Assembly (NCBI RefSeq): GCF_000142905.1
Contig: NW_013657632.1
Span: forward strand, 221,057-285,056
Length of the DNA stretch: 64,000 nucleotides
Source: Thecamonas trahens ATCC 50062
Lineage: Eukaryota > Protista > Apusomonadida
Reading direction: 5' to 3'
This document shows, piece by piece, positions 1 through 10,071 of the stretch. The position numbers and the translations under genes are program-made. Positions within the stretch are counted from its first letter, which is position 1. Each line of letters starts with the position of its first letter. The notes under the pieces are model-generated. The model had not been told where the DNA came from, ran no database searches, and was given only the letters and a program-made list of their open reading frames with translations.

Positions 1-693
1 AGCCGGCGGGCCGGGTGTCGGCAACAACGACGGCGGGCGCGGTGGCAACACGTCGCTGCACTCGACCTCGATGTCGTCTGCCATCTCGACGTCGATGTCG
101 GGCTATGGCGGACCTGGCGGGTACCTGAGCTTTGACTCGCCGCCGGGCACGCCTGTGGGTGGGCGTGGAATGTACGGGACGGGCGGGAACGAGCTTCCAA
201 GGTCATCGCTGTACTACTCGCCGCAGCCGCGTGTGGGCATCTCGTCGGGCTTGTATCCAGCAGCGATGACGTACTCTGCGCTTCCGCCTGATGAGGACGC
301 GGAGCCGAGCCCGGTGTCGGGCGTGCCGTCGCTGGCGTACGCATCGACGTTTTCGGGGTGGGGCCTGCGGGACAGAGGCGGAGCGAGGTGCCGTTCAAGT
401 ACTTTGTGCACTCTGAGCTCACGCGCAACGGATTTGGCAACGTGCCTGTGGTCGAATCGTCGATGGACGCCAACTTTGTGTTTGCGACGTGCATGGCGCA
501 CGACGTTTTTGCGGGCGGGGCGGTGACGCATCTCGCGCTGGGCAACTCGCTGGGAGTGCTCTACGCGCGGCAGACGGCCGGCACGCAAGTGTTTTACCAG
601 CAACCAGCGACGGCATCGCCGCAAAACGATGTGGCGCGGGTGCAGGACACAGCCGAGGAGGCGCTTGCCGGCATCAACGTGCATATTTTCTAA
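1..693 (+). CDS. 3' part of hypothetical protein (enters from left edge; apparent -1 frame break at ~295-345)
   Basis: Frame is open from base 2 (low-complexity G/S/P/Y). Protein-like, GC3-rich sequence continues in the -1 frame (IDVFGVGPAGQRRSEVPFKYFVHSEL...INVHIF) to TAA 693. Confidence 0.55.
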
Positions 694-721
694 GGCGCGG
701 CCCGGAGGCTCGGGGCGAGCG

Positions 722-1906
722 TCAGCGCTCGTCGTCCGAGTACGGGTACGGCTCGTAGTCCATGTCGTACGGCGGAACGTTGCCGCCGTCTGCAGCGTCA
801 TACTCGCCGTAGCCATCGTCATCGCCGTCTGGGTAAAGAGCTGTGTCGTAGTAGCCGTCGGCACCCGGGCCAGGTCCGTCATCATAGTAGCCGGCGTCTT
901 CATAGTCACCGTAGGGATCGTCGTTGCCGTAGTGGTAGCCGCCGGGACCAACGCAGTGGCGGCGGCGGGCGGCGTAGCCGCGATAGACTGCCTGGATGCG
1001 GGTAGCGGCTTCGTGGGCCTCGGGCGAAGCGCGGAGGTGGTATGGAGTGGGCGGGCGCTTGCGAACAGCGTAGCCGCGATAGAGCGCCTGGATGCGCGAG
1101 GCGGCGGCGTGGGAGCGCGGCGACGGCGGCGGCGGCAAGTGGGCGTACTCTTTCTCGTACCACTCTTCGAACGAGTAAAACAGCTTGTGTTCGGCCTGCT
1201 CGAGGGCGGCGGTGATGATGCCGATGGTGCGGTTAAGATGGTTGATCTTGTCGATGACCTGGCGGTACGACGAGGAGCGGGTCGAGGGCCCAGTACCAGA
1301 CGTGCCGTCCTTGAGGCGCTGCGAGAGCGCATTCAGCTCGTTGTTGTGCGAGCGAATCATCTTGCGTTTGGCAACCGAGATGCCGTAGTGCTCGGCGCCG
1401 GGCTCGCCAGGCTTGACGTAGGTGAGGAAGGCCTCATCCTTGGTAGGCCTATAGGTGACGACGATGCGCTTGGGCGGTCGGCGGGCAAGGCGGTCGTGAA
1501 TGGGCTTGTTGCCACGGCCACCAGTACGGGCGCGGGCGCGGGCGGCAAGCCGCGCCGAGCGCTTATTGGTCGCCGGGCGGAAGGTACAGTTGAGCAGCTC
1601 CTTGCGCTCCTTGGCCGAGAGGCCGTCGACATCGATGTCGTGGCGCGAGGCGATGCGATCGAGCAGAGCCTCGTCCGACGCCGACAGGTTGTCGGACGAG
1701 GTGTCTGTACCCGGCAGGCCTGACGAGATCGATGTCGTCGACGAGGTCCGCGACAAGCGCCGGCCGCCATCGCCGGAGCGCCGGCCACGGTGCGACGACG
1801 ACGACGACGACGACGACGACCGCCGCGTTCTCGGCCGCGCAGGCCGTGGGCTGTTCCGGCTTTTGGAGCTCGCCGGCGGTATGTCCCGCGACGATCCACA
1901 CCCCAT
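722..1906 (-). CDS. IQ-motif protein with predicted N-myristoylation/palmitoylation (MGCGSS)
   Basis: 394-aa ORF. Two IQ motifs (AASRIQALYRGYAVRK, AATRIQAVYRGYAARR), a CTFRPATNKRS motif and an acidic Y/D/G-rich tail. Confidence 0.8.
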   Translation of the reverse strand: MGCGSSRDIPPASSKSRNSPRPARPRTRRSSSSSSSSSHRGRRSGDGGRRLSRTSSTTSISSGLPGTDTSSDNLSASDEALLDRIASRHDIDVDGLSAKERKELLNCTFRPATNKRSARLAARARARTGGRGNKPIHDRLARRPPKRIVVTYRPTKDEAFLTYVKPGEPGAEHYGISVAKRKMIRSHNNELNALSQRLKDGTSGTGPSTRSSSYRQVIDKINHLNRTIGIITAALEQAEHKLFYSFEEWYEKEYAHLPPPPSPRSHAAASRIQALYRGYAVRKRPPTPYHLRASPEAHEAATRIQAVYRGYAARRRHCVGPGGYHYGNDDPYGDYEDAGYYDDGPGPGADGYYDTALYPDGDDDGYGEYDAADGGNVPPYDMDYEPYPYSDDER

Positions 1907-2119
1907 AGTCTCCTGCTATGTGGCCAGAGTGAAGTGAGGCTCTGGTGCGCAAAGCCGTGTCGCCTGGCAAGGAGGCCACCACGAGGGGGGAGGAGAGGAG
2001 AAGCCGCGCTGAACCACAACTGTCGAGTGGGGATGGGGGGTGGGGGGTGGAGTGGGGACAAAAAAATTGTTAGTGGCTGGCTAGCTTCCATTCCAAGCAG
2101 CGGCGGTGGCAATGGAACG

Positions 2120-3696
2120 ATGGACTCGCTCGCCGCACGTGACACCACACGTTCTCGCCTTCCATCTGACGCGGCAGGCGAAGGGTCGAGACAGAGCAAG
2201 TCGGCACACTCGTCTCTAAGCAACAACACAAGCAAAGTGGACCACAAGTACAAGACGACGCCGCATATGATGCAATCTTTGAGCATGATGCCTGTGCAGG
2301 GCATGCGGCGACCAGAGGAGGTTGTCGACATGAGCCTCGCGCTGCCGCTTCCATCGCCAGCGGCTTTTTCTCGACGACGCCCTTTCCCGTCGCGCCTGTC
2401 CTCTGCGATGGTCCCGGTCTCGGCTGCGGCTTGAAGTGCGACAGTAAGGCCTCCGACAACTTGTTCGGCGAGCTGGAGCTTGGACTCGGCGAGCTAGGCG
2501 GACTTGACCTCGGCAGCCTCGGCGACCTCAATCTCAACCTCGGCAACCTCGATGAGCTCACTGACCTCGACAACCTCGACCTGTCTGCTCTGGACAACGT
2601 CGAGCCTTCTCCGATTTCGCTGGAGGAGTGCTTTCCCGAGGCCGAGTGGTACTCGTCAGCCTCGCAGTCGGTCTCGCCGTCGGCCTCTTTGTCGCCCGCC
2701 CCGTTGTCGCCCGCCCCGTTGTCGCCCGCCCCGTTGTCGCCCGCCCCGTTGTCGCCCGCCCCGTTGACGCCCGGATTTGTGTGTGCGACAGTCGGTGACG
2801 CCGAGGCCCAGGCTTTTGCCGAGCTAGCAGGCGAGCTGCAGACCGTGCTCACAGTTGTGAGATGGAGCCACCTTTGCCCGACGCGGCTGCTAGCACGCGT
2901 GGACGCAGACCTGTCGCTGCTGCTGCCGTATGCCGAGTGCTCGTCGCCAGGCCAGATGGCTGCGATGAAGCACGGAATGGCCGAGGCTGCACAGGTGATG
3001 GCTGAAGTGGCGGCGGACGCGCCGACCGGCACGTCGCTGGCAAAGCTCATTGTGGCGATCCGGGCTCGGTTTGTCGAGCCGTACTCGCTCCAGCGCGGGC
3101 GTGACCTGTGGGCAATCACCTTTCCGGGCGCCAAGAACTCGTTTGAGGGCTCGTGGGCCGGCGTGCTCCTCCCGCAGGGCGCAACGGTCTACGCTTCGCT
3201 CGTCGGGCACATGGTTGTCCTTGCAGCGGCGATCGAGGCCGAACGGCCAAAGGCAGCGGCAACCAAGGCGACGCTGCGCAAGGTGTTTGCCACCGCCGCG
3301 CCGGCCGTTGCTAATGGCCTCTTCCGGTTCGCAGCACACCTCTGGGGCCGCGGTCAGGCCAATGCCATTGTCGAGCGCTACGTCAAGGCCGCCGTCCCAT
3401 CGGGCGACGGCTCGGCCAGCTCGGCCATCTTTGCTGCGCGGCGCAATCTCAAGGCCACCATCCAGCCCATCGTCCGCGCCGCGCTATCTGCGTGTGCGCG
3501 CCGCTGCACCTGCAGCTCTCTCGACACGTTTGCCTCGGCAAGCACGTCCCACAAGCGCCGGCGCACCCCGACGCTCCTTGACTGCGAGCCAGAGGTTCGC
3601 CCAGTCAAGCGGCTCAAGCCGCTCACCCCCTGTATCGACTTGGCGGCGCCGGCACCCACACCGCGGTGGGCGCCCGTCAAGATCTACACCCATTAG
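2120..3696 (+). CDS. Hypothetical protein with SPAPL repeats (start uncertain; probable -1 frame break at ~2335-2345)
   Basis: The long ORF 2431-3696 has no early ATG. An upstream ATG-initiated frame (2120/2330) overlaps it at a -1 offset. Acidic Leu-rich segment, then a helical domain. Confidence 0.55.
2689..2772 (+). repeat. Coding 15-bp tandem repeat (TCGCCCGCCCCGTTG)x~5 encoding SPAPL
   Basis: Direct repeat visible in sequence. Confidence 0.9.
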
Positions 3697-4042
3697 CGAG
3701 GTGGCAATAGGCCCCTCTCTCCCCCCCCTTCGTTCATTACAACGAGCATATTCGAGCAGCTGATGTCCCGAGGTCGCCGAGTTTGACCTGTCACTTTCGC
3801 GCGCGCGCGCCTTGCAAACCAGCCGGTAAACACTGCCCAGAGGACCAGAGCAGCACACTCCACCCACAACCACATACACACACACATACACACACATACA
3901 CACACATACCCTCTCACACATACCCCACACACACACGCACGCACACGCACACACCTTCCCGTCACACCATGGACAACCCCCACAACCCACCACACCCACA
4001 ACCACAACCACAACCACAACCACTAGCGCAGCCACAACAACA

Positions 4043-6813
4043 ATGTCGGCAGCGTCTTCCTCGCTGTTCTCGTCGTCTTCGCGGTACACAGCTGGCGAAG
4101 GGTCGGGCGTAGGCGCAGGCCCAGGCCCAGGCCCAGGCGCAGGCCCAGGCGGAGCCCGGTCGCTCGCCCTGTCGGAGCTCGGCACGGCGTCGGCCATCAA
4201 GCGCGACTTTGACGCCTATCTCAACGCCCCACTGCCGTCACCATCGTCGGCTGGCTCGCCATCGGCCTCGCTTCGTTCGTCGACGCTGACCGCAGACCTC
4301 GAGGCACACGTTGTCCAGGCGCTGCGGCAAAACGAAGAGGTCTCGCACGAGCTGGAGCAGCTACTGCGCGAGGTCTCCACCCCCATCAAGCCCCGCGCCG
4401 AGACGCAGGGCTCACCGGTGGCCGACTCCGAGACGCAAACGCCTGACCCAACCGCTCCGCACTCAGAGCTGACCTCGCCGCCGCGATCGTCAACAAAGCG
4501 GGCCCTGGAGCCGGCAATGGCCGCCGCCGCCGCCACAGAGCCCGCCTCGCCGGCGCGCTCCCAGCCGGTGCCACAGCTCGTCACGCCGCCGTCGCAAGTC
4601 AAGGCTGCATCCGATGCTGTGGCCCGGGCAAACGCCGATCTGGACGCCCTGCGTGCGTCTGCACTCGAGTCCGAGGCCGACGCTACGCTCTCGTACTCGA
4701 CGGCGCTCAACATGGCGCGCGCACGGTACGGCGGCATGTCGACAGCCGAGGCCGCAGCCAGCGCCGCTGCGTCGCCATTGCGGCGAGCGGCGGTTGCCAG
4801 CAACGATGGCAACGACGACGAGGAGGCTCGGCTCGCCGTCCCGCGTATTCCGCCGAGCAACTCTCCGCTGCGTGACCACTTTAGCAACATCTCGTCGTTC
4901 CTGGCCGAGTCGACGTCGTCGCGACGCGACGCCGACGCCTCGCTCATGTCGTCGATGTCTGCGCTGGCGAGCTCATCGCCGCCGCGGGCAGCGTACCTCT
5001 CGACGCTCTCGTCCAAGCTGCCGACGCCGTCCTACACCCCGGATGCGCCACGCGGCAGTGGGCTTCGGCCGCGGGGGCGCAGTCGTCGCCGCGGCCGCAG
5101 CTGTCGCCGTCGCGGGCATCATCGCGCTCGCCGCGGATTGTGCAGCTTGCCGACGACACCGACGACACCTTTGACGCCGACCACGTCAACGCGGCGCTGT
5201 TGCAGGCTGGCATGGAGCCAGTCTCGCGGCGCTCGTCCAAGCGTGCGCTGGCCTCTGTCCTTCTTGCTGTCCTCCGCCAGCTCGAGCACCGCGGGCGAGT
5301 GGTGTCGGAGCAGCTTGCAGCGCAGCAAGCGGCGGCAAACTCGGCTGAAGCAGCCAACTCGGACATGGTGCGGATGCGGCGCGAGCTGCTGGCGGCGTCC
5401 AAGGCCAAGGCCGCGCTGGAGCTGAAGCTGGCCGAGGCCGAGGCCGCCGGCGACGAAGCCGCTGCTGCCGCCAAGCGCGAAACGCGCAAGCTGAAGGCTG
5501 CGCTCTCGTCGCTGACGTCGCAAACCCATGTCATGCGCTCCAAACTCGCCGCCAAAGATGAGGAGCTCTCCAAGGTCAAGGCCAAGCTGCTCAAGGTGGT
5601 CGAGGTGTCTGGGACGCCGGTGACGCGTGCAGCGCACGCCGGTGGCGCTGCGTCCGGCATGGTCATGAGGCAGAGCCTGGCGGAGAAGGAAAGGGCGCGG
5701 CTGGAGAGTCTGAACGATGCGCAGCGGCACGAGCTGCGGCTGGTGCAAGAGGAGCTGCGCGAGCTGCGGGCGCAGGTGACGGCCAAGGCCGAGACCGAGT
5801 ACGCCAAGGCATTCGAGGCTGGGTTCAAGGCCGGACAGGCGAACGATCCGCTGCGGGCGTCGTTGGAGCGGCAGCTGGCCGAGGCGAGCGGTGAAGCAGC
5901 GGACGCACGTAAGCATGCTACCGCGGCCGAGGGCGCGGCGCGGGCGGCAGTCGAAGCTCGCGACGCTGCGTACGCCAGAATCAAGAGTCTTGAGGACGAG
6001 CTCGAGCTAGCCAAGCTCGAGCTGGAGGCGCGGCCGTCGGTCCTTCGCTGGCGCGAAGAGCGTGAGGCTGCAGCCGAGGCGCCTGCGCTCACTGCCGGCA
6101 TGGCGGCTGACTCGGGCCTCTCATTTGTGGTTGGCCGCGACGGGAACAACGCGTCGCGGACCCGTGAGCTCATCCGGCAGGACCGCGAGTCGTTCTCACT
6201 CGCACACCACTCGTTGGACAGCCTGAGCGGGAGCCAGGCGCGCGAGGCGCTGCAGACGGTTCTGGACCGGCTCGGCGTCCCGTCGCTGCGCAAGCTCGAG
6301 AGTGCGCTGGCGAAGATCGAGCGGGCCATGGCGGCGCTTCCGGGCATGCAGGAGTTTATCGAGAGTGTGCTGGCCGCGATCCGAAGTGGCAAGCGCGGCG
6401 TGGCTGTCGGTGTCGGCAACGCGCTGGGAGTCCTCGCAAGCTGGCGCACCGAGCTCGACGAGGCGCGTGCGTTCCGGACCGGCGCCGCCGACGCGTTTGG
6501 CCTCCCGTCGATCAGCCTCACCGAGCTGCGGACGCTGGCGGCGGGCCTGCGGGCAACGAGCACGTCGCGCGAGGTACCCGAGGCCAAGGCGCTCGAGGCG
6601 CGAGTCGAGCTTGTGGCGAGACTGGAGGCCCTGCTGGGCGTCACGACGCCCGAGGCTGTGCTCAACGAGGTCGTCGCCCTCTCCCAAAAGGTCGATACCT
6701 ACGAGTCAGCCCTGCCCGAGTATGTGGTCCTGGTCGACGCGCTCTTCGACATGCTTGACGTTGAGACGCTTGGCGATGTCATGCCTGCGCTGCGGCACGC
6801 CCTGGGAGCATAA
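4043..6813 (+). CDS. Long coiled-coil protein, CEP70-like; -1 frame break at ~5045-5075
   Basis: ORF 4043-5425 (S/P/A-rich) overlaps ORF 5140-6813 (coiled coil). VNAALLQAGMEPV and C-terminal LFDMLDVETLGDVMPAL resemble the CEP70 ends as I recall them. Confidence 0.55.
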
Positions 6814-6839
6814 GCGGGCACTCGCGTCGGCAGCGGTAG

Positions 6840-7937
6840 CTAACTACTGGCGCCATCCGCCGCATCCGCCGCCGGCTCGGCCGCTGGCTCGGCGCTGCTG
6901 GTCCCGGCGTCAGCCTGCTCGCCTTGGGCATCAGCTGGTGGCGTAGGCTTGGAGATGCCCTTGCGGAGGAGGACGAGCGGAAAGAGCTCGTTGGTCCGCT
7001 CGTTGAGGCACCAGGCGAGACCGCGACGGCCGTAAACATGCCACATGATGGGCCCAAAGAGGCTGCTAACATGGAACCGCAAAAAGGCCCAGAGCGGGAA
7101 GACGGTCGAGGCGGTGCATAGGAGGAGCGTGCCGAGGCCCGGCCAGGCGTAGATGTCAGTGGCGAGCCAGCCGTCGCGGCGAAAGACGGCGTACCAGGCC
7201 ACAAAGAGTAGGAGCGGAGCCGAGGTCTGGTACAGCACATTAATGCGGCGTGAGTTGGGCGAGAGCTTGGCGGCGGCGTCGTAAAAGTAGAGCGAGTAGA
7301 GGACGCGGCGGCGCCAGATGAGAATGATAAGGACCAGCGGCGGCGAGATGAGAGCAAGCCAGTTGCCCATGAACCATTGCGGGCCGGCGCCTGTGGCGTC
7401 AGCGACAGCGACAGGACTCATAGCGCCTGGAAGGCGTAAAACGCTGCCGAGGACAAGGAGCTGGGTTGGGAGAGCGGCAAGGCCAAAGACCGGCAGCAGC
7501 GCCCAGGCCACTACCGGGCCCTCGACCGCCGGGACAAAGGAGCCAAGAAGCAGGGCGCTGTGCAGAAGAGCAGCGATTGCGAGGGTGTAGCCCGCAGCAT
7601 GACCGAGGCGAGAACAGGCCTCGTCCGGCCCGGCGTGGTCGCAGGCGGCAGCGAGAGCGTAGAGTACAGCCCCGATGTAGGCAAAGTGGACAGCGTTGAA
7701 GATCGACGAGCTTGCCAGACCAACGACTCGCGCCGAGGGCGGAATGCGGTCCTCAAGCGGAGGTAGGCGGGCCTCGGCCTTGCGGCGGGCCTTCTCGGCC
7801 TTCTCCTCCTTGGCCGCCTGTGGGTCGAGCGGGGCACCTCCACGGGCCTTGCGGGCCTTTTCCTCCTTCTTACGTCTGCGCTCCGCCATGGCTGCTGCCC
7901 GCTCTGCCGGCGACATGTTGTTGAGCTTGCGGCCCAT
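6840..7937 (-). CDS. Multi-pass membrane protein with basic N-terminus, unknown family
   Basis: ATG 7937 (MGRKLNNMSPAE), K/R/E-rich N-terminus, then ~6-7 hydrophobic segments. Confidence 0.7.
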   Translation of the reverse strand: MGRKLNNMSPAERAAAMAERRRKKEEKARKARGGAPLDPQAAKEEKAEKARRKAEARLPPLEDRIPPSARVVGLASSSIFNAVHFAYIGAVLYALAAACDHAGPDEACSRLGHAAGYTLAIAALLHSALLLGSFVPAVEGPVVAWALLPVFGLAALPTQLLVLGSVLRLPGAMSPVAVADATGAGPQWFMGNWLALISPPLVLIILIWRRRVLYSLYFYDAAAKLSPNSRRINVLYQTSAPLLLFVAWYAVFRRDGWLATDIYAWPGLGTLLLCTASTVFPLWAFLRFHVSSLFGPIMWHVYGRRGLAWCLNERTNELFPLVLLRKGISKPTPPADAQGEQADAGTSSAEPAAEPAADAADGASS

Positions 7938-8499
7938 AGTGTCCGGGCGCGAGAGAGGTATGGGTGGGTGTGGGTGAGGAGAGAGGAGCCATGGCGGAGA
8001 GGAGGAAGGAGGACAGGGGACCAGACAGGGTGCGATCATGGTCAGACTGGACTGGGGCGGCTGTCTAACCTGCCGATCACTGGCTGTGTGTGTGGTTGGT
8101 GGGCAGGGTGACTCTCTGTGCTGGGTCATCGGCTGAGGCGGAGCAGCAGAGGGAGGGAGGAGGAGGAGGGGGGGGTGACTCATGGTGGGGTTCCTGGCAG
8201 AGAGAGGATTTGATATGATCTGGATTGGTTTCCCCTGCAACTCTCTGCTCTCTGGCCCTGCTGCATGACGCCATCGGTGACAGACGAGTCGGATCGGTCA
8301 GATGGGTCACGTTGAGCGCCACGTGGCTGCGCTCAACTAGTCCAGAGATGGGGAGGGGGGGGGGGGGGGGGAATGGGGGTTTGGTTTAGTTCACATTTTT
8401 TTTCTTTTTCCCCTTGTTTATTTTATTACTTATATAAACTGTTAGGGCCTTACGATACGATATGAAGTTAGGGTTGCCATGTTGGTTGTTTTTCCCCTC

Positions 8500-8599
8500 N
8501 NNNNNNNNNNNNNNNNNNNNNNNNNNNNNNNNNNNNNNNNNNNNNNNNNNNNNNNNNNNNNNNNNNNNNNNNNNNNNNNNNNNNNNNNNNNNNNNNNNN
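8500..8599. other. Assembly gap (others at 25939-26083, 33524-33623, 47515-47639)
   Basis: N runs, each flanked by poly-G/C or low-complexity sequence. Confidence 0.99.
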
Positions 8600-8639
8600 G
8601 GGGGGAAGGGGGAGGGCAAGGAGACAGACTCGACTGCAA

Positions 8640-9457
8640 TGACGGTCAAGGCATACGCAGACCACAACCCGTTCCTGTTCTTTGCAGGAGTGTTTGGGGC
8701 TGTGGTGGTGGCCAAGCGGAGGCTGCGGAGGAGCCATGGCTTGGGCGCTCGCTGCCCGTCGGTGGTCACGGCTCTGGCTGCCATTCCGCCTGTGGTGGTC
8801 AAGGCGCTGCTGCTGCTGATGTGGCTCTCCATTGCGTGGTTCTTTGTATTTGAGGCGTACTACTCGGTCTACCGCTGTGCTGTCTCAGCCCGCTACCATG
8901 ACGAGACCATCCTCATCGCCCGCTCGGTCATCACCTTGCTCGAGGAGCACAACGTGCCGTACTGGATGGACTACGCCACCTTGCTCGCCGTCATCCGCGG
9001 GCAGAGTATCAACGAGTGGGACCACGACACAGACATCTCCATAGTCTTTCCAGACGATGGGCCTGCCGCCCTCATTGCTGCTATCAATGCTGCCGGTATG
9101 TATGCTGTCTGGGACGACCGCGACGCCATCCAGATCATGCCATACGAGGGCGCCAACCCGCTCAACTCGCCGCACATGGACATCTGGTTCTGGCGCGAGG
9201 AGAAGCTCGCCGACGGCTCGCGCGTTGTCTCTACCGCCTACGACGACGTCGCCTACCGCAAGCGTGCTTGGGACGACATCTTTCCGCTCAAGGCGGTGGC
9301 CTGGAAGGCATGGCCGGGCCACGACATCTACATCCCGGCCGATGCGCATGGCGTCTCGCAGAAGGAGTTTGGTGCCTGGCCGGGCTCGTACATGACGCCT
9401 GTTGTCTACAAGGGCGATTGCTTCCACAACTGGTTCCAGCGGCGGTGGCTGTATTGA
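8640..9457 (+). CDS. LicD/fukutin-related nucleotidyltransferase-fold phosphotransferase (5' end may lie in the gap)
   Basis: YWMDYATLLAVIRGQSINEWDHDTDI matches the LicD motif (GTLLGAVR...PWDxDxDI). Also HMDIWFW, DIFPL and N-terminal TM segments. Confidence 0.8.
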
Positions 9458-9622
9458 ACTCCACTGCCCTTGCCACTGCCCCTGGCTGCGATAAAGGTGG
9501 TTGCACACATCGTGCCGTGCTGTACCTTGCTGATATCCTTAAATGACCTGAAACAGCCATGACAACGGGCCTGCCTAGTGACCATCATGGATAGCGCGGC
9601 TGTTTCTTCAGTCTTGGTCACA

Positions 9623-9929
9623 AGCCATTCATACCACGGTCACCCATAATCAATAGCCATTCATACCATTAATCAATGGTCACCCATAATCAATAGCCAT
9701 TCATACCATTAATCAATGGTCACCCATAATCAATAGCCATTCATACCATTAATCAATGGTCACCCATAATCAATAGCCATTCATACCATTAATCAATGGT
9801 CACCCATAATCAATAGCCATTCATACCATTAATCAATGGTCACCCATAATCAATAGCCATTCATACCATTAATCAATGGTCACCCATAATCAATAGCCAT
9901 TCATACCATTAATCAATGGCTTCATACCA
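9623..9929. repeat. AT-rich tandem array, 40-bp unit TCATACCATTAATCAATGGTCACCCATAATCAATAGCCAT (6 perfect copies 9661-9900 plus partial flanking copies)
   Basis: Exact 40-bp periodicity and no spacers. Confidence 0.97.
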
Positions 9930-10071
9930 AGAATCATGGGAAAAAACAAAACACAGAAAAAGCCAACGGACACATTCTGACCATCGTGCACACCTCGAGT
10001 TCCCCACACCACCCGTCATCAACAACCTTCAATTCATACACATCGCTCCATACACAACATCTTGCACAAGC

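Noticed and set aside
8385-8499. AT-rich island with two TTAGGG hexamers (telomere or foreign DNA)
   Set aside because: The hexamers are isolated rather than tandem, and the patch sits between a poly-G run and an N-gap, so it is probably low-quality contig-end sequence.
9916-10071. N-terminal extensions in the ORF track (9916, 12737, 19277, 30987, 52871, 59066)
   Set aside because: They run through repeat or low-complexity intergenic DNA, and downstream ATGs fit the coding composition better.
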